A stretch of 64,000 nt of DNA, from the sequence record NC_031043.1, one strand, 5' to 3'. The notes beneath the pieces were generated by a model that did not search any database, was not told where the DNA came from, and worked only from the letters and a program-made list of their open reading frames with translations. Positions 56,433 to 64,000 of this stretch are shown here, piece by piece. How positions within the stretch are numbered: the first letter of the stretch is position 1; the number at the start of each line of letters is the position of its first letter. The position numbers were made by a program, and so were the translations under genes.

Positions 56433-56948
56433 ATGACTGTACGTCAATCTAAAGCACACAAAGAAATCCTGACCCTGTCCGTTCTCGATATCCTGAACGT
56501 GACTACCGACGCCAAAGAACAGATTGCTATCGAGTTCGGCGGTAAGTATGCCCGTACTGTTCTCCTGACCCAAGCAACCGCCTGTGGCGTGTTGGCATGG
56601 CTGTCTGGTGTGGTCGATGATGGTCAAACCGGTAATCTGCATTTCAATGACGTTATCTTAGACGGTAGCCGTCCTAAGAGCAAGCGTATTGATAAGCACG
56701 AAGAACGCCTGCGTGATTTGATGGCGCTGCTTAATAGCTGTACTGACATCAATATCGACCCGAGTACGTTCGGTTGTCACTTCGCCGTAGAAGATGCGGA
56801 TGAAGAGAACGTGTTGCATCGTTTATCAGTACAGGGCTACGGCGTACACATCGACTTCTATGAAGACGCGGCCTACCTGTACGTCCAGCGTCCTATCCGC
56901 CAGCCGTTCCTGTCTTCTAAGACACGTCCAGTAGAGGAAGAAGCATAA
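56433..56948 (+). CDS. hypothetical protein
   Basis: 171 aa; GAGGA SD. Confidence 0.75.
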   Translation: MTVRQSKAHKEILTLSVLDILNVTTDAKEQIAIEFGGKYARTVLLTQATACGVLAWLSGVVDDGQTGNLHFNDVILDGSRPKSKRIDKHEERLRDLMALLNSCTDINIDPSTFGCHFAVEDADEENVLHRLSVQGYGVHIDFYEDAAYLYVQRPIRQPFLSSKTRPVEEEA

Positions 56949-57514
56949 TGTTCACTGATGAAGAAAAGCTAATCCTGGAAGCCAACGGTATGCATATCCA
57001 CAGTCTTAATGACTACTGGGTAGAACACCGTCCGGATATGGAAGTACACGAATACTTCTTTAAGCCGGAAGGCGGCTGCTACACGTTCATGTCCACGCTA
57101 GACCATGTCGCTATTCTCACGTGGTATGCCTTAATGACAAAAGCCGTAAAGGACGGTCATCCTGCTAAGGGTCTGCGCATTGGCCTGCTACACGCCATCG
57201 AGTTTTCTGAGGTTACTGACCACCGCAAAGAGTTCTTTGACAAGATGCTGAAACAGAAGGCGTTGTTGGGTGTGAAGACACCGTACGCCACCCCAGCGTA
57301 CACGCTCTGTCGTCTGCCGCAGGCTTCTGAGTTCTTGACGCCGAGTGCTGGGCCGTTCCTTGTACTGCCTTTACCACTAGACGGTAGTTATCACGGGGTG
57401 CACCTCGCAGGACCACAATTGCCGCATGGGATTGAGTGCTATTCGCCGTTCAGCTTATCGGTGGGTAACTCAATTGATTTGAGTCCGAGCAACGTTGTTC
57501 ACTTTAACTACTAA
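56948..57514 (+). CDS. hypothetical protein, tandem paralog C
   Basis: 188 aa; N-half aligns by eye with the next ORF. Confidence 0.7.
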   Translation: MFTDEEKLILEANGMHIHSLNDYWVEHRPDMEVHEYFFKPEGGCYTFMSTLDHVAILTWYALMTKAVKDGHPAKGLRIGLLHAIEFSEVTDHRKEFFDKMLKQKALLGVKTPYATPAYTLCRLPQASEFLTPSAGPFLVLPLPLDGSYHGVHLAGPQLPHGIECYSPFSLSVGNSIDLSPSNVVHFNY

Positions 57515-57532
57515 CGTCGTCGAGGTATCGGT

Positions 57533-58042
57533 GTGAGTATTGACCCGAGCATGAAAGATACGATGCATACCTCACTGACAGGGTATGTCATTAATACGTT
57601 CCAAGACCAAGCGTACTTCGAGCATTACTTCGACCTTGGCCCTTACGGTAAAGCGTTCTTATCGCCTATCGAGCATATTGGCATTCTAACGTGGCACCGC
57701 ATTCTGATGATGGGCTTCGGCGATATGCCGTTACTCATCTGTAATGACACTGCCGAACAACTCAAGTTTCTCAAAATCGATTGTACACTCCCTAATGATT
57801 TTGATTTACTGAAGAAGTTGACGGGGGGTTATGAACTGTTACCTGTGGGGTTAGGTTATCAGCTGATTGACAGCAGTAATAACCGGCCCCTGGCGTATCA
57901 TGACACCACAGTGTCTCTACAGCACGGTAAGTTCTATGATGAACACATCTGGGTATTGACTCCGGCGTTTAATCCTACAGGTGCTTTTGACTTCACTGCC
58001 AAAGCCCCGCGAGTCGAAGACGACCGTCTTCGACTCCGTTAA
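57533..58042 (+). CDS. hypothetical protein, tandem paralog D
   Basis: 169 aa; GTG start with GAGGT SD. Confidence 0.7.
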   Translation: MSIDPSMKDTMHTSLTGYVINTFQDQAYFEHYFDLGPYGKAFLSPIEHIGILTWHRILMMGFGDMPLLICNDTAEQLKFLKIDCTLPNDFDLLKKLTGGYELLPVGLGYQLIDSSNNRPLAYHDTTVSLQHGKFYDEHIWVLTPAFNPTGAFDFTAKAPRVEDDRLRLR

Positions 58043-58048
58043 TAAACC

Positions 58049-58078
58049 GACCACCCTTCGGGGTGGTTGTTTTTTTTT
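58049..58078 (+). terminator. intrinsic terminator
   Basis: GACCACCC-TTCG-GGGTGGTT followed by a T tract. Confidence 0.9.
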
Positions 58079-58085
58079 CGTTTCA

Positions 58086-58094
58086 AATGGTATG
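58086..58094 (+). promoter_or_regulatory. late-type promoter AATGGTATG
   Basis: Same 9-mer as 37819; precedes the structural operon. Confidence 0.55.
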
Positions 58095-58119
58095 AGACGC
58101 TTATTCTGAGGACACTGCA

Positions 58120-59610
58120 ATGCTCAATTATTTTGAAATCCCATCGTTGGATGCGACGATGCGAAAAGCAATGGCCGACGGTATCATTCAACGTGTACTT
58201 TTGGAGTCAGGTATTGACCCCAAAAAAGTTATCTACACTGACGAGCTGGCGAACGCCCAACAGCCCGGTGCAACAGTAGGTGACCAGAGCGAGATACTGT
58301 ACGCCTCGCCGGACTTGTTCGAGGTGGAAATTGTTGAAGAGCGCGATGAGATGGAGAGGATTGCCCGAGGTGTAGGCCGTCATCGTGAACGCTACTTCTT
58401 TGAAAACAAACCTGACCGTGTTTACGGTTGGGCGGAACGTGTCTTCTATAACGTGCAAGTCACGGTGAAGCGCAAAGCCCGTAGTCGTTCTGACCTGCAC
58501 AAGTGGGCGAACCGGTTAAACTCCCTGATTGACATGGGGCGCTATTCTACGGTACTGGAGTCCGAGTCGTACTTCATTATCCCGATGGAAGCCCTGCGTT
58601 TACTGAATGCCTGCTATGTGGCCGCAGAAACGCGTGTAAAGCGCCATGAGAGCTTTAAGGACTATCTGAAGACCTACTTCAGTGATGAGGTCACTGTCAC
58701 GGGAGACACCGCTGGAGGACGTAATAAGCTGGCTATCCGTCATTCCCCTACGCGTGTCGAAGTGGTGTACGAAGTTAATGGCCCGACGACGAATAAAGAT
58801 GAGAACGATTGGGAAGCCTCCTTCTCGTTTAACTATCGTTATCAACGTCCTGAAGAGCTGGCAATTGAACATCCGTACATCTTAAATCAGACACCAATTA
58901 TTGATGACTACTTCCCTCAACCTGACCCGCCGTTCATGTCGAACGAAACGATGGTAGAGCGCGGTATCTATCAAACCCAGCAAGATGCCTTAGCGTGGGA
59001 AGGTAAACGGCCGCCGATTCTTCAGCTCCCTTACCTGCTGTCTGACCCGGAACAGATGTACAAGCTCCACCGAGTACGTCCGTCAGCTGAGATTCCTATC
59101 TTTGGAACGGATATTGCGTTCGGTCCGGAGTCGATGCATAACCCGGACGTGCTGAGTATCGACCAGTTGCCGTATGACTGGGTGCAACCTATTAAGGAAT
59201 ACATCGCGTATTGCCGTGAACGTGATACCTCAGGTCAATGCTGCATCTTCCAGTATCAACTCTTTAAGAACGGCTACTACATCGAACCGAAACATTATCG
59301 TTGGGACGGTGAGTGGTTAGTGCTGAACCAAGACATTGATGTTACGGCGCAGTATTACGCGATTGAAGTATTACGTACCGACTGGAAGAGTTTCCCACCC
59401 GCCTGTATCGCCATCATTGATAAGTTCCCGGGTGTGATTGACTGGATTGTTGATTGGTTGATTCCGGGTGTCTATCCGAAGCCTCGACCGAAGCCACCTA
59501 CTGTGCCTGATGTTATCGACCACATCGATAAAGACCGTAAAGACGGCGGGGTATGGTTAACCATCTTTAACACGAGCATCATTGATGCGCGAGTCATGGA
59601 GCAACGATAA
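58120..59610 (+). CDS. virion structural protein, T4 gp15-like tail terminator candidate
   Basis: 496 aa; YNVQVTVKRKARSRSDLHKWANRL and ASFSFNYRYQRP resemble the gp15 pattern, by eye. Confidence 0.45.
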   Translation: MLNYFEIPSLDATMRKAMADGIIQRVLLESGIDPKKVIYTDELANAQQPGATVGDQSEILYASPDLFEVEIVEERDEMERIARGVGRHRERYFFENKPDRVYGWAERVFYNVQVTVKRKARSRSDLHKWANRLNSLIDMGRYSTVLESESYFIIPMEALRLLNACYVAAETRVKRHESFKDYLKTYFSDEVTVTGDTAGGRNKLAIRHSPTRVEVVYEVNGPTTNKDENDWEASFSFNYRYQRPEELAIEHPYILNQTPIIDDYFPQPDPPFMSNETMVERGIYQTQQDALAWEGKRPPILQLPYLLSDPEQMYKLHRVRPSAEIPIFGTDIAFGPESMHNPDVLSIDQLPYDWVQPIKEYIAYCRERDTSGQCCIFQYQLFKNGYYIEPKHYRWDGEWLVLNQDIDVTAQYYAIEVLRTDWKSFPPACIAIIDKFPGVIDWIVDWLIPGVYPKPRPKPPTVPDVIDHIDKDRKDGGVWLTIFNTSIIDARVMEQR

Positions 59611-60944
59611 TGCAATTCGTTAATTCTAATGGGCGTAACAAAACCCAAGTGGTCGACGTTAGTCCACCTACTCCGGAACTCATCAAAGAGAAAGACGGGA
59701 TAGTTGAAACCACCAATATCACGACCGTCCCTTCCCGTACCACGGTTACTGACCTTTCGCGTATTCCAAAGCGTCACTTGCTGCAGTATACATCCGGCTC
59801 GCCGTGGGTGGTTGACTATTACCGCCGACTGTCCGGGATGAATGACCCGAAACAGTTCTTTGACCCGGCGGTGGATAATGCCACCCAGCAGTTCGAGCGT
59901 ATTGTGGGGCAGGTGTTGCGTGTTGGCTCGGCATTAAGCTGGAACCAAGATTCGGGGAACAAAGAGTTTACGGTCACAGGTGAAGCAACGCTGTCAAACA
60001 CCATCATCCCAACCGAAGGGGATGTGTTTGTTGCGGACATGGGCGATAACCGTCGGGCTATCTTTGCGGTTAATACCACCACCCGTTTAGCGTACAACAA
60101 AATTGCGACGTATCAGATTAGCTATACGTTAATCTACGAAACCTCGCCGTACACTGACCAAGCGCTGGCTGACTCCACGGTACGTACCTTCCACTACGTA
60201 GCAGACCGTGCATGGGTCTCTGAAGACACGTTGCTGACGCCTGATGAGTACAACGCCTTCATCTCTATTGGTGATGAGCTGGCGTCATTGGAGAACATGT
60301 ACGTTCGTCAGTTCTACAACCAAGAGATTGGTTCCCTACGTTGTCCTCTGGATAGCCGCAAGAACTATGATGTGTTCTTGGTAGACTTTGTGCGCAACAT
60401 CGGATTGAACAAGACTCCACATGAGCTGCGTATCTATCCGCATACTCCGTACAAGCACGATGACATGTTCACTATCTGGAAAGCGCTCGTCTGGCACAAT
60501 GCTGATATGTTAGGGCAGTGTTTGCAGGGCGCTGATTGGTGGGGAGTCCGCTCATTCCGTACGTATCAACTGCCCAACACGGTCGGTTGGTCTCGTTGCC
60601 AGGCTACCGTGTTCTTCGGGAATGAGCTGCGTTATCAGAAGATTCCCGAAACGGTACCGAAGTTCGCTCCCGTAGAAGACCGTAGAATCGATTTTGAGGG
60701 GACTTCTCTCAAAGACCAACCTATGTTCATTACGCCGCAGTTAACGCCGTACGTGTTCTCTCAGGCGTTTTACGAGGGGGGATACGCTTCCGTACTAGAA
60801 TATGCACTGCAACAGTTCCTGAATAAGGTCAAATTACGGGCAGATGTTCCCCTTAAACTGGCACGTGAGTTGAAGAAACTCCCCTTAAGCAGCCAGTTCT
60901 ATTACGGCCCGGTTGTGTACCTATTGCTTAAATACGTGAGGTAA
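59610..60944 (+). CDS. virion structural protein, T4 gp14-like neck candidate
   Basis: IPTEGDVFV...IFAV resembles the gp14 P.EGDLIY...LFEI motif. Confidence 0.5.
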   Translation: MQFVNSNGRNKTQVVDVSPPTPELIKEKDGIVETTNITTVPSRTTVTDLSRIPKRHLLQYTSGSPWVVDYYRRLSGMNDPKQFFDPAVDNATQQFERIVGQVLRVGSALSWNQDSGNKEFTVTGEATLSNTIIPTEGDVFVADMGDNRRAIFAVNTTTRLAYNKIATYQISYTLIYETSPYTDQALADSTVRTFHYVADRAWVSEDTLLTPDEYNAFISIGDELASLENMYVRQFYNQEIGSLRCPLDSRKNYDVFLVDFVRNIGLNKTPHELRIYPHTPYKHDDMFTIWKALVWHNADMLGQCLQGADWWGVRSFRTYQLPNTVGWSRCQATVFFGNELRYQKIPETVPKFAPVEDRRIDFEGTSLKDQPMFITPQLTPYVFSQAFYEGGYASVLEYALQQFLNKVKLRADVPLKLARELKKLPLSSQFYYGPVVYLLLKYVR

Positions 60945-61483
60945 TGATGAAAGACAAGTCGCCTGCATTCTTTCTGTTCCACTCTTGGTACGGATGGCGT
61001 GTTCCGGAGTATGCCACGCTAACGGATTATGCGCGTGAAGAACATGGACTGTTTTTGCCTGAAGATAAAAAGAAGGCTAAAGCAATTCTCCTGAACAAAA
61101 AGACCGTCTTCTTAACCACTGCGCAGGCGGCCGAGTACCTCAAGACCGGTGGGGCGTTAGACATTAACGACCCGGATGGGGATGCTCTTGAGGTGTACCA
61201 GTACATCATGGAACATCTGAACAGCTGGTTAACGTATCTGACCACACCACAAATGCTGGTGCGTAAGGTACCGATTGAAGGGCTGCGTGAATTTAACATG
61301 CTGGCCAACAAGCTCTTCCCGGTCGCCAACCGTAAGGGCTACTTCAAGAAGCCAGAAGTGACCATGTCCATGCAACTGGCTTCATTCTTCCAAGAAGTCA
61401 AGCCCATGATTCAACAACACCGCTTTAATGACCAGTTGATGTTGATGATTGAGGCGGCTTACCGTCGTCGTGGAGGTCGCTGA
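60944..61483 (+). CDS. conserved hypothetical protein
   Basis: 179 aa; 1-nt overlaps at both ends. Confidence 0.7.
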   Translation: MMKDKSPAFFLFHSWYGWRVPEYATLTDYAREEHGLFLPEDKKKAKAILLNKKTVFLTTAQAAEYLKTGGALDINDPDGDALEVYQYIMEHLNSWLTYLTTPQMLVRKVPIEGLREFNMLANKLFPVANRKGYFKKPEVTMSMQLASFFQEVKPMIQQHRFNDQLMLMIEAAYRRRGGR

Positions 61484-62772
61484 TGTTCGCACGATTCAAA
61501 GCGATAGTCATGTCTGTCATCTCAAAAGCAGTGGGTTCACCCCCACTGACTTATACGGTGGTGATGACGGCCAACGGGATAGCGGTTAAGGCTATTAAGG
61601 TGCACTCGATTACCCGTCGCTCTGCCTTTGTTGAAACCATGGGGACAACGACGTTTGTGACGATTATGGTTCCGATGTCACAGATGCGTTTGTTACTGAG
61701 TAAGGCTTACGGGAATCTCACGGTCACACTGGGGACGTTTGCGAACAAGAAGTTGATGTTCAAAGAGGTACTCTATGGGGTTGTGCAGAATGCCCACGAC
61801 TTGGACTTAACAGCGCCTACCCAGAACTTGGGGCAGGGTGATGAGATGGATTTCTCGGTGGTGACGTTGGAGCTGATGTCAGAAGCCGTCTGGAAACTGC
61901 GCGTGGTGCAGCAAGGGGCGAACTTCCAACGAACTGACCCGCTCACCATATGCCGCTATCTCTTAGGACGGACGCTAACGGCTCAAGAAGGTCAGAAGGG
62001 GGAGTCCAAAGCCTTACAGTACGCTGAGGAATCTCAAACACTCTACGAGACGGTGGTGATTCCTGACGGGACACCGTTCCGTGGCATCTTTGATTACCTG
62101 CAAAACCGTTACGGGGTGTACAGTCAGGGGCTAGGGGTCTTTAACTATCAAGACGTCTGGTTCTTGTTCCGTCCGTGGAATAAAACCCGTTTCCAAGACA
62201 ACGACTACCGCCTCGTCGTTTATGCGTTGTCCACTGACCAAATGGCCCAGCCCGAACATTCATTCTACATGGATGGGAAAACGTATTACATGATTGTGGC
62301 CGGTGATTCGCGATTGGTGGATAAGCGTGACCAAGAAGCTTTGAACGAGGGTACCGGTTATCGTGTGGGTTCAGTTCGTGCGCTTGATGGCCGTACTACC
62401 GACTTAACCAACCAAGGCGTCTCTCAGACGACCCCTGGAGCGTTTGTCAGTAATTCTAACCCTACGCCCCACAATTCGCAATTAACCAACGCAGGCTTCG
62501 GCTCAGCCCGTTTTGTGGATGATGACAAAGCCATTCGCAGTGAACTGGCGCGTAAGGGCGGTCGTTACTTAACGGTGACGTGGAACCATGCGATGTTTGG
62601 TGCTGTCCGTCCGGGTATGGGTGTGCAGTACAACTATGCGAATGACGGTGGGATGTTTACCAAGCATGGGACAGTGATTGGGGAAGTACACCATACTGCG
62701 ATGGATGGTGGGGGTGCTGCGGGTGACCGTTACATCAGTAGTGCTGAGATTACCCTGTGGATTGCTGACTAA
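61483..62772 (+). CDS. baseplate hub protein candidate (T4 gp27/gpD-like; phiKZ gp101-like position)
   Basis: 429 aa; beta-rich N- and C-terminal barrels, VRPGMGVQY and SAEITL terminal pattern. Confidence 0.5.
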   Translation: MFARFKAIVMSVISKAVGSPPLTYTVVMTANGIAVKAIKVHSITRRSAFVETMGTTTFVTIMVPMSQMRLLLSKAYGNLTVTLGTFANKKLMFKEVLYGVVQNAHDLDLTAPTQNLGQGDEMDFSVVTLELMSEAVWKLRVVQQGANFQRTDPLTICRYLLGRTLTAQEGQKGESKALQYAEESQTLYETVVIPDGTPFRGIFDYLQNRYGVYSQGLGVFNYQDVWFLFRPWNKTRFQDNDYRLVVYALSTDQMAQPEHSFYMDGKTYYMIVAGDSRLVDKRDQEALNEGTGYRVGSVRALDGRTTDLTNQGVSQTTPGAFVSNSNPTPHNSQLTNAGFGSARFVDDDKAIRSELARKGGRYLTVTWNHAMFGAVRPGMGVQYNYANDGGMFTKHGTVIGEVHHTAMDGGGAAGDRYISSAEITLWIAD

Positions 62773-62776
62773 CTTA

Positions 62777-62804
62777 TTTTTTACGTTACCGGGATTAAAT
62801 ATAG
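62777..62804 (+). promoter_or_regulatory. middle-type promoter TTTTTTAC-N15-TATAG with no ORF downstream
   Basis: Perfect motif followed by hairpins and a terminator. Confidence 0.6.
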
Positions 62805-62950
62805 GAAGCTTAGGGGATACCTAAGATTGGGAGGGGGTTTTTTAACGAGTAATGAGCGTAGCGAATTACGACTTCCTTATTCCTAAGTAATCTCCTTTAG
62901 AGATTACGCTAAGCCGTTAGCTCTCCCTTCGGGGAGAGTCCTATTTTCTT
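62803..62950 (+). ncRNA. candidate ~145-nt structured small RNA (or structured DNA element)
   Basis: Promoter motif, four short hairpins, 5' pairing AGGAAG/CTTCCT, UUCG terminator, no ORF. Confidence 0.4.
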
Positions 62951-62953
62951 TTT
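62921..62953 (+). terminator. intrinsic terminator
   Basis: CTCTCCC-TTCG-GGGAGAG followed by a T-rich tail. Confidence 0.75.
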
Positions 62954-62974
62954 ACGTCATTTTCTATTGGTATG
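62949..62974 (+). promoter_or_regulatory. middle-type promoter TTTTTAC-N15-TATG
   Basis: Repeated motif with the same spacing. Confidence 0.65.
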
Positions 62975-63006
62975 CTAGCAAAACACTTTAACAAGGAATC
63001 ATTCGA

Positions 63007-63747
63007 ATGAAAAGTATCGTACGTTATATGCTCTCCGCTGATATCATTAAACTGATTGATGACTACGAGAAAGCTACTTTCAGTAAACCTACCAAACTGT
63101 GGGACCGCTTACTGAAAGTTCTGCCGCACGGTGGGGAACTTGAAATCTTAGGCGTGCAAGCGACCAGCATGGATACCACCATTGCTATCATCTATCGTCA
63201 TGACGGTGTGGAAGGCGGTAAGAACCTGCCTATCGCGGATATTGGTAGTCTGGGTCACATTCTGTTCATGCACTGCATTGCGTTCGCTACCCCGTATCAG
63301 ATTCTGCACAAAATCTATGCGATTGACTACATCTACGCGCTGAGCCAAGTTATCGCCAGCCGTATTACTGCCGGTGACTTCACCACGTATCCTGAATACG
63401 TCAAGCGTATCAAACCTGAAGACTTCGACGATTCCGTTTCGCTCGACCTCTACCGTTTTGAAATCGTGGGTGAGAACCGTACTGACGATTACGTGACTTA
63501 TCTGAAAGCGATGGTGCGTCTGTTCGCTGAGATGGTAACGCCGGACACGTCAAACAACCACAACGAAATCTTCCCGGCACTGATGTACGGTAACAAGATT
63601 GCGTTCGGTACTTACATCCCGTTCCCGGCACGTATCGTTATGCCGTTCGATGATAAGACCATTCTGCCAGAACCGCAGGAACTGGAACTGACCTTCAGTA
63701 CCGCCGTGACTGCTATCTCTGAAAAGCGCTATAACCTCGAACACTAA
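63007..63747 (+). CDS. hypothetical protein
   Basis: 246 aa; AAGGA SD; monocistronic. Confidence 0.8.
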   Translation: MKSIVRYMLSADIIKLIDDYEKATFSKPTKLWDRLLKVLPHGGELEILGVQATSMDTTIAIIYRHDGVEGGKNLPIADIGSLGHILFMHCIAFATPYQILHKIYAIDYIYALSQVIASRITAGDFTTYPEYVKRIKPEDFDDSVSLDLYRFEIVGENRTDDYVTYLKAMVRLFAEMVTPDTSNNHNEIFPALMYGNKIAFGTYIPFPARIVMPFDDKTILPEPQELELTFSTAVTAISEKRYNLEH

Positions 63748-63754
63748 GTAAGTC

Positions 63755-63800
63755 CCTACTACCGCCTTTTGGGCGGTAGTAGGCGTATTTCTTTTTTTGT
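63755..63800 (+). terminator. intrinsic terminator
   Basis: CCTACTACCGCC/GGCGGTAGTAGG stem followed by a T tract. Confidence 0.85.
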
Positions 63801-63821
63801 CAATAAAAATAATTTCAGATA

Positions 63822-63829
63822 TATATTAC
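63822..63829 (+). promoter_or_regulatory. early promoter TATATTAC
   Basis: Exact phiKZ early consensus in an AT-rich intergenic region. Confidence 0.65.
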
Positions 63830-63885
63830 TTTAATGAACGAGAAGCAATATCTCATCTAATTATAAACTTAAAAGGAATACGACT

Positions 63886-64000
63886 ATGCGCAAATTAGAC
63901 AATATCGACCTGCTGCTGAAACTCTCTGGTAAAGAACTCGGTGCTGTAATGGCACAGATTAAAGCAGAGAAGGAAGCCGGTCAGCAGTTACCACCGGTTA
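63886..64000 (+). CDS. hypothetical protein, truncated by the window end
   Basis: AAGGA SD; MRKLDNIDLLLKLSGKELG... open to the end. Confidence 0.65.
   Translation, partial: MRKLDNIDLLLKLSGKELGAVMAQIKAEKEAGQQLPPV

Noticed and set aside
1-64000. tRNA, rRNA, group I intron, intein, transposase or anti-CRISPR signatures
   Set aside because: No cloverleaf, homing-endonuclease, intein-splicing or transposase motifs were recognised by eye; tRNAscan-SE, Infernal and HMM searches would be needed to exclude them fully

Overview
The window is a 64 kb segment of a nucleus-forming phiKZ-like jumbo phage genome (Chimalliviridae). Gene order, A-x-E head-protein processing motifs and enterobacterial-type codon bias suggest an SPN3US/Erwinia-jumbo-like phage; this is inferred from motifs and recalled synteny, with no database search. 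It holds the conserved core block: a split family-B DNA polymerase, the probable nuclear shell protein chimallin (ChmA), probable ChmC and PicA, four non-virion RNAP subunits, one virion RNAP subunit, an SbcD-like nuclease and an SF2 helicase. It also holds T4-like neck and baseplate genes and internal head proteins, interspersed with clusters of small unknown genes that include tandem paralogs. No tRNA, rRNA, CRISPR array, intron or transposon was seen. The strongest new signals are: (1) a T-TTT-TTC slippery site that would fuse a 705-aa CxxC protein to a start-less downstream ORF, like a G/GT tail chaperone -1 frameshift; (2) a bipartite promoter TTTTTTAC-N15-TNT(A)G with the same spacing at 10 sites; (3) N-x-x-F/NNPF and GF-S repeats resembling nucleoporin repeats in PicA and its neighbour; (4) two structured intergenic elements, one with a G-quadruplex motif and one resembling a small-RNA transcription unit; (5) a 26-bp palindrome providing back-to-back ribosome-binding sites for two divergent genes; (6) a head protein with an intact M48-like zinc-protease signature.
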